The notes beneath the pieces were generated by a model, which saw only the letters and a list, made by a program, of their open reading frames with translations, made no database searches and was not told where the DNA came from. A stretch of DNA of 64,000 nt from Terriglobia bacterium (GTDB lineage Bacteria > Acidobacteriota > Terriglobia > Terriglobales > Acidobacteriaceae): NCBI GenBank assembly GCA_021324365.1, contig JAJPJE010000030.1:12-64011 (forward strand), written 5' to 3'. This document shows, piece by piece, positions 56,368 to 64,000 of this stretch. Every line of letters starts with the position of its first letter. Within the stretch, counting starts at the first letter, position 1. A program made the position numbers and the translations under genes.

Positions 56368-57084
56368 ATGCCGAGAGCCACGAGCCCAAAAGGAATCACA
56401 CCCCTGACTTCAATCACCTGCAAAGCACTACTCTTCGACATGGACGGAGTCCTGATTGACTCAACCCCCGCGGTGGCGCGCGTCTGGCGCAACTGGGCCA
56501 TCGAACATGGATTCGAGCCCGAATCCACGATCCGCATGGCGCATGGGCGTCCCAGCATTGCTACATTACGCGATCTGCTGCCGAATGCCGACCACGAAGC
56601 GCTGAATCGGGAGATAGAGCGCCGCGAGATTGAAGATATCGAAGGCGTGGTCGCACTGCCGGGATCGCGTGAGCTTTTGTCAGACCTGCCCGAGAATCGA
56701 TGGGCGCTGGTTACTTCTGCGACGCGTCCCCTGGCGGAGGCGAGGCTGGGTGCAGCGGGATTGCCAATCCCAAAGTTTTTTCTTACCTCGAACGACATTG
56801 TGAAAGGGAAGCCCGACCCTGAGCCGTACATCAAGGGAGCTGCTCTACTCGGATTATCGGCGACCAATTGCGTCGTAGTCGAAGATGTTCCCGCAGGGAT
56901 TCGTTCCGGCAAAGGCGCCGGAGCAAGGGTGATTGCCTTCACCACGACATTTCCTGAGCGCGAGTTGCTGTCGGCTGGCGCCGACTGGATCCTGCCGAAT
57001 TGCAGCGCGATCAGGATGAATGACATTTCTGACGGGTTGGCACTGTCGCTGCAGCTATTATCGAATCAAATCGTAAGGCAGTAG
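56368..57084 (+). CDS. HAD-IA hydrolase (phosphatase / beta-phosphoglucomutase-like)
   Basis: Track ORF 56149..57084 is over-extended. ATG at 56368. Motif I ALLFDMDGVLIDS, motif II VTSA, motif III KGKPDPEPY, then VVEDVPAGIRSG. Confidence 0.8.
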   Translation: MPRATSPKGITPLTSITCKALLFDMDGVLIDSTPAVARVWRNWAIEHGFEPESTIRMAHGRPSIATLRDLLPNADHEALNREIERREIEDIEGVVALPGSRELLSDLPENRWALVTSATRPLAEARLGAAGLPIPKFFLTSNDIVKGKPDPEPYIKGAALLGLSATNCVVVEDVPAGIRSGKGAGARVIAFTTTFPERELLSAGADWILPNCSAIRMNDISDGLALSLQLLSNQIVRQ

Positions 57085-57229
57085 GATTTACTCAACGGCA
57101 TAATGCGCTAACAACCGTCCTACACAACGGCGCGGTTGCGCATAGATGTCACAGACTGCTGTACTGCGAATCGGTCCTCTCCCAAGCTTTGAGCAGGGCG
57201 GGGATAAGAATATTTCAAATGACCGACCG

Positions 57230-57832
57230 CTACTGCGCCGGCGCCGGTTGTGGCGTTGGTGTAGTTCCGAAGTTCACGCGTGGCGCCTGCCGCGAACCTT
57301 CATCGGCCTTGAAGTAGGCGTCATTACGCGTGAAGCCGCTCATGCCAGCCACAACATTGTTGGGAAACAGAGAAATATACGTGTTGTAATCCTGAACCGC
57401 CTGGTTGTAGCGGCGACGTTCTACCGCAATGCGGTTCTCGGTTCCCGCGAGCTCATCCTGGAGGCGCATGAAATTTTCGTTGGATTTCAACTGCGGATAA
57501 TTCTCCACAATTGCCAAAAGTCGCCCCAGTGCAGAGTCGAGTTGGCCGTTCGCAGCAATTTTGTCGCTCGGAGTCCTGGAGTTCAGCAACTGCGAGCGTG
57601 CCGCGGCGATGTCACCAAACACCTTCTGCTCCTGCGCTGCGTATCCTTTCACGGTTTCCACCAGGTTGGGGATCAGGTCGGCGCGGCGCTGCAGCACGAC
57701 ATCCACTTGCGACCAAGCTGCGTTCACCGTTTCGCGTTTACGAACCATTTCATTGCGGCGGCCAACGTACATGCCTACGAACAGCAATCCAATCAGTACC
57801 AGCACGATGATGACGACAATTGCTCTTTGCAT
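57230..57832 (-). CDS. LemA-family protein
   Basis: 200 aa with an N-terminal TM: AWSQVDVVLQRRADLIPNLVETVKGYAAQEQKVF...RRRYNQAVQDYNTYI. Confidence 0.9.
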   Translation of the reverse strand: MQRAIVVIIVLVLIGLLFVGMYVGRRNEMVRKRETVNAAWSQVDVVLQRRADLIPNLVETVKGYAAQEQKVFGDIAAARSQLLNSRTPSDKIAANGQLDSALGRLLAIVENYPQLKSNENFMRLQDELAGTENRIAVERRRYNQAVQDYNTYISLFPNNVVAGMSGFTRNDAYFKADEGSRQAPRVNFGTTPTPQPAPAQ

Positions 57833-57868
57833 CTTGTAATTACCTTTCTTCCAGTACCTTTCTTCGGA

Positions 57869-58618
57869 TCAGCGCACCCTTTGCCACTGCTCAGTAGGCG
57901 CGAGCTGATCCACCTTGTCGATGGCTTTGACGATGGCGTTCACGTAAACCTGATATATGTCTATCAAGCGCGCGAGATTTAGTTTCTCATTTTCATTGTC
58001 ACGCAGGCTGACTACGTTGTGCAGCGCCGATTCGTCGAAACCCAGAAGGCGGGACGCCTGGGAAATTGCATCCGGGTTCGATCCCGGCATCGTACCCTCG
58101 ACAGCAAACACAGCATGTCTCAGCAAAGTAAGCGCACCGGAAATGGACTTCGCCATGATGGCACGCAGTTCCACGTCATTTCCATATGAAAGCAGGTAGT
58201 GGTGGCGTAGTTTCAGCAGCAAGGTGCGCAGCTCATGCTCGAGTTCAATGCGGTGGAGATTGAGAGGAACCTCAAGCTCGCGCACTGCATCTTCGCCGAA
58301 GAGAACGCGGTGGCTGCTCTTGATGTCCATTAACTCGATGGAAAACACATCGGAAGAGGTTTGCAACTCGGTGGAGGTAAAGATCAAGGGCGCGCGCTCG
58401 CCATGCTCGACGGACCACCACTGAATAGGGCTTGCGAGCTTTGCCATGGTCTCACGGCTGAGTGCCTTCAGCGTGCACAGCAGATTGATATCGGAAATTT
58501 CGTCGCGAAAAGCATTTCGCGCGGCGGAGCCGTACAGGATCACGGACTCCAGATCCGCTCCCGCTGCAAAACGTAAGCGCTCGACAAATTCCTCCAAAAG
58601 CTCTCGACGTGTCTTCAT
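57869..58618 (-). CDS. nucleotidyltransferase-domain protein with a helical C-terminal domain (KNTase-like layout)
   Basis: Track ORF is 57869..58663. ATG at 58618 follows GGGAGC. NTase motif ILYGSAARNAFRDEISDINLL. The helical C-terminal half contains RIELEH (Rx4H). Confidence 0.65.
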   Translation of the reverse strand: MKTRRELLEEFVERLRFAAGADLESVILYGSAARNAFRDEISDINLLCTLKALSRETMAKLASPIQWWSVEHGERAPLIFTSTELQTSSDVFSIELMDIKSSHRVLFGEDAVRELEVPLNLHRIELEHELRTLLLKLRHHYLLSYGNDVELRAIMAKSISGALTLLRHAVFAVEGTMPGSNPDAISQASRLLGFDESALHNVVSLRDNENEKLNLARLIDIYQVYVNAIVKAIDKVDQLAPTEQWQRVR

Positions 58619-58631
58619 GATTTGCTCCCGG

Positions 58632-59420
58632 CTACCAGCCCCCGCTAGCGCCCCCGCCTCCACTCATGCCGCCGCCAAATCCACCGAAGCCGCCCCCTCC
58701 GGAGAAGCCTCCGGAGCTACCACCAAACCCACCGCCACCCCATCCGCCACCCATGGGAGGGAACCAGAAGAAGCCCGGTCCGCGACGGCCGCCGCGGAAA
58801 CTGTTTCGTCCACTGTGAGCAAAGATCTTAAGAACGATGAAAATTCCAAAGATGATCAGCAGGATCACCCAGAAAGGCATGCCGGAATCTTGAGCAGGTG
58901 GCGCTCTTTCTGTGACCACGCCGTTTAGACTCACGCCCTTATCGGCCGCGATCAATTGCGCCAACTGGTCTACGGCAGTGGTTACGGCTGCGCTATAGTT
59001 GTTCTGGCGCAGGAAGGGAACCATCGACCGGCCCACATCACCAGCGCGCGCGTCAGTGATGACGCCTTCGAGACCATAGCCGACTTCAACGCGGTAGCGC
59101 CTCTCCGGCGGGGCGATTAAGAGCAGTACACCACGATCATTTTTCTTGCTGCCGATGCCGAGATGCTTGTAAAGATCGACGGCGTACTCCTCGATCGATT
59201 CGCCTTCGAGCGACTTGACCGTCACAACCCCGATTTGTGCGCCGGTCTTCTGTTCCACTTCGTACGCGAGTGCTTCCAGCTTCTGTTTACTATCGGGATC
59301 GATGATGCCCGCGAGATCGGTAACATAACCTCGCGGATGTATGTCGGCGATTTTCTCGGCTCGACTTACTCCCGACCAGAGGAGCGCGAATAGAATGATG
59401 CCGAAGCGTGCGCGCAGCAA
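58632..59420 (-). CDS. TPM-domain (YgcG-like) protein with a TM and a Gly-rich tail
   Basis: 262 aa: YVTDLAGIIDPDSKQKLE...TGAQIGVVTVKSLEGESIEEYA...RGVLLLIAPPERRYRVEVGYGLEGVITD. C-terminal GGGWGGGGFGGSSGG... Confidence 0.85.
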   Translation of the reverse strand: MLRARFGIILFALLWSGVSRAEKIADIHPRGYVTDLAGIIDPDSKQKLEALAYEVEQKTGAQIGVVTVKSLEGESIEEYAVDLYKHLGIGSKKNDRGVLLLIAPPERRYRVEVGYGLEGVITDARAGDVGRSMVPFLRQNNYSAAVTTAVDQLAQLIAADKGVSLNGVVTERAPPAQDSGMPFWVILLIIFGIFIVLKIFAHSGRNSFRGGRRGPGFFWFPPMGGGWGGGGFGGSSGGFSGGGGFGGFGGGMSGGGGASGGW

Positions 59421-59706
59421 GCCATCTCCAATCTACAGAGCAGATTGAAGGAGCTAACGTACATAGCTGACGGAAGTCTCGTCAAGAAATTGCATTTGTG
59501 GATTTCTGGGGCCAGGTGGCCAGGCAATTCTGTGATCAGTTACAAACCTTCACCAGAAATGCAAACCCGGAACCAGCAGCTCGCATCAAAGCTTCTTATC
59601 TCTCGGCAGGCGATAGTTTTCGCGAGTCTGTCATCCATAATTTTCAAAGTGAGCGGGGTCTTACCGAGGACTGTGCGACCCGAGTCACCGCAGAACCTAG
59701 AGGCTA

Positions 59707-60102
59707 ATGGGGACGGAACAAGAACTCCGAAAACAGGTCGATCAGTTCATTCTTGATGAGATCGATAGCGTACCTCAGCTCGAGGCGTTGTTGCTCATCT
59801 GGAATACACGGCCCAAAAGATGGTCTATTGAAGAGATGGGCCGTTCTCTTTACGTCAAACCTGACGCGGCGGAAAGGATCTTGCAGGACCTGGCAAACCG
59901 GTCCTTCGTGTCTGTGGAGCAGCAGTCTGCAGCCTTCTATTATGAGTCGCGATCGGCAGAGCGAGATGAGCTGCTGAGCTCCGTGGACCGGATCTACCGC
60001 CAGGAAATCGTTCGCATTTCTACGATGATTCACGCGAAAGCATCTCCCGCTATCAGGGACTTTGCACGCGCATTCCGTTTCACCAAGGACCGAGACCAAT
60101 GA
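59707..60102 (+). CDS. small soluble protein with a winged-helix-like core, function unknown
   Basis: 131 aa with RBS AGAGG: ...SVPQLEALLLIWNTRPKRWSIEEMGRSLYVKPDAAERILQDLANRSFVSV... Its stop overlaps the next start (ATGA). Confidence 0.5.
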   Translation: MGTEQELRKQVDQFILDEIDSVPQLEALLLIWNTRPKRWSIEEMGRSLYVKPDAAERILQDLANRSFVSVEQQSAAFYYESRSAERDELLSSVDRIYRQEIVRISTMIHAKASPAIRDFARAFRFTKDRDQ

Positions 60103-60359
60103 TTGCAGAAATCGTGTACATCATCGGGGCTCTGGTCATGTTCCTTTGCGGGATCCTTTTGTTGCGCGGTTATTTCCGGGGCAGGCACCGTTTGTTGCTC
60201 TGGAGCGCATTGTGCTTCTTCGGGCTTTCGGGTTCGAACCTACTGATCTTCGTAGATCTCAGAATCTTACCTGAGGTAGATCTATATCCGGCCCGGCTCG
60301 CGACCGCCGCCATCGCCATGATCTTGTTGCTTTACGGCTTGATCTGGGAGGGAGACTGA
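60099..60359 (+). CDS. 86-aa three-TM mini-protein (paralog 1)
   Basis: Three hydrophobic helices, and LLRGYFRGRHRLLLWSALCFFGLSGSN aligns with paralog 2. From memory it resembles the DUF5985 family (unverified). Confidence 0.6.
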   Translation: MIAEIVYIIGALVMFLCGILLLRGYFRGRHRLLLWSALCFFGLSGSNLLIFVDLRILPEVDLYPARLATAAIAMILLLYGLIWEGD

Positions 60360-60360
60360 G

Positions 60361-60624
60361 ATGAGAATCGATGCGTTCCTCATCGGCGTGATCGCCACTG
60401 CCTCTGTGATTGCAGGCGTGTTTTTTCTGAAATTTTGGAGGCGCACGCGCGATTCCTTATTCCTGGGATTTGCCATCGCTTTTCTCATCGAAGGCGGAAA
60501 CCGGATCGCGACTCTTAACCTGGCTAATCCGAACGAAGGTAGCCCTTGGACGTATGGAGTACGCCTTTTTGCTTTCCTGATCATTCTGGCCGTCATCCTC
60601 AATAAGAACTACGGCACAAAATAG
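60361..60624 (+). CDS. 87-aa three-TM mini-protein (paralog 2)
   Basis: RBS GGGAGGGAG, with the start 1 nt after the paralog 1 stop. FLKFWRRTRDSLFLGFAIAFLIEGGN aligns with paralog 1. Confidence 0.6.
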   Translation: MRIDAFLIGVIATASVIAGVFFLKFWRRTRDSLFLGFAIAFLIEGGNRIATLNLANPNEGSPWTYGVRLFAFLIILAVILNKNYGTK

Positions 60625-60989
60625 CGATCACTGGCCATCTTCGGGGTTAAGGGCAGATTAAGAGGCAGAGGGTCTGGACCAGCTCTCAAAAATGGGCTAT
60701 GGTAGCGGTAATTCAAATCCTCGGTCCAACCCGACAGAACTTAAAGAACGATGCAAAATCCGGAGTACAACCCGGGGTGAACACTTTGCATCAAAGCTGC
60801 GGTTAATGACCACCCGCACGGTCGGGGTACAGGTGCGCACTTTGTCGTACTTCGGACTGTAGGGTATTCGTCTTCCTGGAAAAATGTGGGGATTCCGATC
60901 GAGACAATCCGTACCGCTAGACCCGTAAACAACAAGAATACTGGCGAGATGAGAGCACAGCAGTTGCGCCGTCGACTCGGGAGATCAGC

Positions 60990-63900
60990 ATGAAGAAATC
61001 AATGCGCAACAGCATGGCGGCAGAAGCCATGGGTGGAGGTGCCGCTCTGGGCGGCAATGGCACCGCTGCGGCAGTAGCTTCCGCGCACGAATCCGTGGAT
61101 CTGGCCGCTATCCTCGCTGGACTGCAAACCATGCGTAACGGCGACTTTTCGGTGCGCCTTCCTGGTTCGTGGACTGGACTGGGTGGCAAGATCGCGGACA
61201 CGTTCAATGAGATTGTCGCTGCGAATCAACAAATGGCGCAGGAGTTGCGCCGCGTTGGTCAGACCGTCGGCAAGGAAGGTAAAACCCGCGAGCGAATTCG
61301 TCTTCACCAACCGCGTGGCGCGTGGGGCGACATGGAGACGTCAGTCAACACCCTGGTGGAAGACCTCCTCCGTCCGACCACCGAAGTGACCCGCGCCATC
61401 GGCGCTGTGGCGCAGGGGAATCTGACACAAACGGTATTGCTGGAAGTGGACGGGCGTCCACTGGAAGGCGAGTTCCTTCGTTCCGCGAACATCGTGAACA
61501 CGATGATTCAACAGCTGGGCGTCTTCACCCAGGAAGTGACCCGAGTGGCCCGCGAAGTGGGTACGGACGGAAAACTAGGTGGTCAGGCCATGGTGCCGGG
61601 CGTCGCCGGAACCTGGAAGGATCTGACCGATTCCGTGAACTTGATGGCCAGCAACCTAACCGGCCAGGTGAGAAACATTGCCGAGGTGGCGACGGCCGTG
61701 GCCAGCGGCGATTTGTCGCGCAAGATCACGGTCGACGTCCGAGGCGAAATTTTGCAGCTGAAAGAGGCCATCAACACCATGGTGGATCAGCTGCGATCGT
61801 TCGCATCGGAAGTGACCCGCGTCGCGCGCGAAGTAGGTACGGACGGCAAACTTGGAGGCCAGGCCGTAGTACCCGGCGTCGCCGGAACTTGGAAAGATCT
61901 CACGGATTCTGTGAACGCCATGGCTGGCAACCTCACGGCCCAGGTCCGAAACATCGCGGAAGTGACGACCGCCGTGGCCCGCGGCGACCTGTCCCGCAAG
62001 ATCACCGTCGACGTGAAGGGCGAAATTCTCGAACTCAAAGACACCATTAACACGATGGTGGACCAGCTTAACGCATTCGCCGGTGAAGTAACGCGCGTCG
62101 CCCGCGAAGTCGGTACGGAAGGTAAGCTCGGCGGCCAGGCCCAGGTGCCTGGCGTTGGCGGCACCTGGAAGGATCTCACCGATAACGTGAACTTCATGGC
62201 CAGCAACCTCACCGGCCAGGTCCGAAACATAGCCGAGGTGGCAACGGCCATCGCCAACGGCGACTTGTCCCGCAAGATCACGGTCGACGTCCGCGGCGAA
62301 ATCCTGCAGTTGAAAGAAACCCTGAACACGATGGTGGACCAGCTGAACAGGTTCGCCGGCGAAGTTACCCGCGTGGCTCGCGAAGTCGGAACCGAAGGAC
62401 GGTTAGGCGGTCAGGCGAACGTGCCCGGCGTGGCGGGAACGTGGAAGGACTTGACCGACTCAGTGAACTCGATGGCCGGCAACCTCACGGCCCAGGTCCG
62501 AAACATTGCCGAGGTAACGACCGCAGTGGCTCGCGGCGATTTGTCGCGCAAGATCACGGTGGACGTGAAGGGCGAAATCCTCGAACTGAAGAACACCATC
62601 AACACGATGGTGGACCAACTCAACGCGTTCGCTGGCGAGGTAACGCGCGTGGCCCGCGAAGTGGGTACGGAAGGCAAACTTGGCGGACAGGCACAAGTGC
62701 CGGGCGTTGCCGGAACGTGGAAGGACCTGACCGACAACGTCAACTTCATGGCCAGCAATCTCACGGCGCAGGTTCGAAACATCGCAGAAGTGGCAACGGC
62801 TGTGGCCCGAGGCGACTTGTCCCGCAAGATCACGGTGGACGTGAAGGGCGAAATTCTGGAGCTGAAAGAAACCCTCAACACGATGGTGGAGCAGCTCCGG
62901 TCGTTCGCGTCGGAAGTGACGCGCGTGGCTCGCGAAGTCGGCACGGACGGCAAACTGGGCGGCCAGGCGCAGGTGATCGGCGTCGGTGGAACTTGGAAGG
63001 ATCTTACCGACAACGTCAACTTCATGGCCAGCAACCTGACTGGCCAGGTACGTAATATCGCGGAAGTTTCGACTGCTATCGCGAACGGTGATCTTTCCAA
63101 AAAGATCACCGTGAACGTCAGCGGCGAAATTCTGCTGCTGAAAGAGACCATCAACACGATGGTGGACCAGTTGAATGCGTTCGCTGGTGAAGTGACGCGC
63201 GTCGCTCGCGAAGTGGGTACGGAAGGCCGGTTGGGCGGTCAGGCGAATGTGCCCGGCGTCGCCGGAACCTGGAAGGACTTGACGGACTCGGTGAACTCGA
63301 TGGCCGGCAACCTCACGGCCCAGGTCCGCAATATCGCCGAAGTGACGACCGCCGTGGCTCGCGGCGACTTGTCACGCAAGATCACTGTGGACGTGAAAGG
63401 CGAAATTCTCGAGCTCAAGAACACCATGAACACGATGGTGGACCAGCTCAACGCGTTCGCCGGTGAAGTGACACGCGTGGCTCGTGAAGTCGGTACGGAC
63501 GGAAAGCTCGGAGGCCAAGCGCAAGTGCCGGGTGTCGGTGGCACCTGGAAGGACTTGACCGACTCCGTTAACTCCATGGCCAGCAACCTGACTGGCCAGG
63601 TGCGCAACATCGCCGAGGTGGCAACGGCTATCGCCAGCGGCGACTTGTCAAAAAAGATTACGGTGGACGTGCGCGGCGAGATCTTGCAGCTGAAAGAAAC
63701 GCTGAACACGATGGTCGAGCAGTTGCGATCGTTCGCCGCCGAAGTGACGCGCGTGGCTCGCGAAGTGGGATCGGATGGCCGCCTTGGCGGTCAGGCCAAC
63801 GTGCCGGGCGTCGCCGGAACCTGGAAGGACTTGACGGACTCGGTAAACGCCATGGCCGGTAACCTTACGGCTCAGGTCCGAAACATTGCCGAGGTAACGA

Positions 63901-64000
63901 CCGCAGTAGCCCGAGGAGACTTGTCGCGCAAGATCACGGTGGATGTGAAAGGCGAAATTCTGGAACTCAAAAACACCATCAACACGATGGTCGACCAACT
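60990..64000 (+). CDS. cytoplasmic poly-HAMP array protein (probable N-terminal part of a giant sensor kinase); 3' end runs off the window
   Basis: Not in the ORF track because the frame stays open to the window end. ATG at 60990 follows GGGAGA, and an in-frame TAG at 60918 excludes an earlier start. Hand translation: [17 protein letters not shown]...[22 protein letters not shown]..., then repeated ...[85 protein letters not shown]. Confidence 0.9.
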   Translation, partial: MKKSMRNSMAAEAMGGGAALGGNGTAAAVASAHESVDLAAILAGLQTMRNGDFSVRLPGSWTGLGGKIADTFNEIVAANQQMAQELRRVGQTVGKEGKTRERIRLHQPRGAWGDMETSVNTLVEDLLRPTTEVTRAIGAVAQGNLTQTVLLEVDGRPLEGEFLRSANIVNTMIQQLGVFTQEVTRVAREVGTDGKLGGQAMVPGVAGTWKDLTDSVNLMASNLTGQVRNIAEVATAVASGDLSRKITVDVRGEILQLKEAINTMVDQLRSFASEVTRVAREVGTDGKLGGQAVVPGVAGTWKDLTDSVNAMAGNLTAQVRNIAEVTTAVARGDLSRKITVDVKGEILELKDTINTMVDQLNAFAGEVTRVAREVGTEGKLGGQAQVPGVGGTWKDLTDNVNFMASNLTGQVRNIAEVATAIANGDLSRKITVDVRGEILQLKETLNTMVDQLNRFAGEVTRVAREVGTEGRLGGQANVPGVAGTWKDLTDSVNSMAGNLTAQVRNIAEVTTAVARGDLSRKITVDVKGEILELKNTINTMVDQLNAFAGEVTRVAREVGTEGKLGGQAQVPGVAGTWKDLTDNVNFMASNLTAQVRNIAEVATAVARGDLSRKITVDVKGEILELKETLNTMVEQLRSFASEVTRVAREVGTDGKLGGQAQVIGVGGTWKDLTDNVNFMASNLTGQVRNIAEVSTAIANGDLSKKITVNVSGEILLLKETINTMVDQLNAFAGEVTRVAREVGTEGRLGGQANVPGVAGTWKDLTDSVNSMAGNLTAQVRNIAEVTTAVARGDLSRKITVDVKGEILELKNTMNTMVDQLNAFAGEVTRVAREVGTDGKLGGQAQVPGVGGTWKDLTDSVNSMASNLTGQVRNIAEVATAIASGDLSKKITVDVRGEILQLKETLNTMVEQLRSFAAEVTRVAREVGSDGRLGGQANVPGVAGTWKDLTDSVNAMAGNLTAQVRNIAEVTTAVARGDLSRKITVDVKGEILELKNTINTMVDQ
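61523..64000 (+). repeat. in-frame 276-bp (92-codon, di-HAMP) tandem repeat, at least 9 units, continuing beyond the window
   Basis: The anchor CG(C/T)GAAGT recurs at 61551, 61827, 62103, 62379, 62655, 62931, 63207, 63483 and 63759, exactly 276 nt apart. Confidence 0.95.

Noticed and set aside
60949-60993. 14-codon uORF ([14 protein letters not shown]) whose TGA overlaps the poly-HAMP ATG.
   Set aside because: It has no convincing RBS and such overlaps arise by chance. I recorded it only as a possibility within the leader finding.
61787-63709. Long minus-strand ORFs (180, 248 and 156 aa; ...[16 protein letters not shown]...) across the repeat region.
   Set aside because: They are antisense to the clearly coding poly-HAMP frame and merely mirror its periodicity. 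They have low-complexity S/T/R/P composition and no RBS or family resemblance.
61523-64000. Regular tandem repeats that might be mistaken for a CRISPR array or satellite.
   Set aside because: The period is 276 bp with no short repeat/spacer alternation. It is in frame, encodes conserved HAMP heptads, and the units differ mainly at synonymous sites.

Overview
This is a gene-dense, GC-rich 64-kb chromosomal segment. I support about 70 protein genes, one tRNA-Ala(CGC) and no rRNA. I saw no CRISPR array, integrase, transposase, phage genes or recognisable defence genes.

The gene content suggests an Acidobacteriota (Terriglobia-like) genome; this is inference only. The pointers are two intact TIGR03436-type 'acidobacterial' VWA proteins plus one relic, several c-type cytochromes, and a giant cytoplasmic poly-HAMP protein.

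Most genes are housekeeping or envelope functions:
- DNA, nucleotide and cofactor metabolism: polX, csp, ribA, guaA, nadB, aroB, ubiE.
- Envelope and secretion: msrPQ, an S41 protease, tatA and tatC, DedA, TerC, a CDF transporter, and an SSS transporter.
- Regulation and transport: two ABC-2 exporters around a DesK/NarL-type two-component pair, and a LemA/TPM operon.

No single locus is demonstrably a new system. The observations most worth a second look are:
1. A dispersed two-module REP/BIME-like repeat family. The B module (TGTCATTYCGAG...GAATC) occurs six times in the window. One inverted pair of B modules exactly brackets a frameshifted small GIY-YIG nuclease gene. An AT-rich non-coding island lies next to it.
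2. A translationally coupled operon encoding a small winged-helix-like protein and two paralogous 3-TM mini-proteins. It lies upstream of a poly-HAMP protein that has no obvious TM segment and runs off the window. At least nine 276-bp di-HAMP units alternate in a 552-bp super-period, and their differences are almost purely synonymous.
3. A sortase next to a secreted protein that has a non-LPXTG tripartite C-terminal tail.

Three independent single-base frameshifts fall in otherwise intact genes, all at short homopolymer contexts. Assembly indel errors should be excluded before any of them is called a pseudogene.

All calls come from reading the ORF track and hand-translating the sequence. No database search was run.
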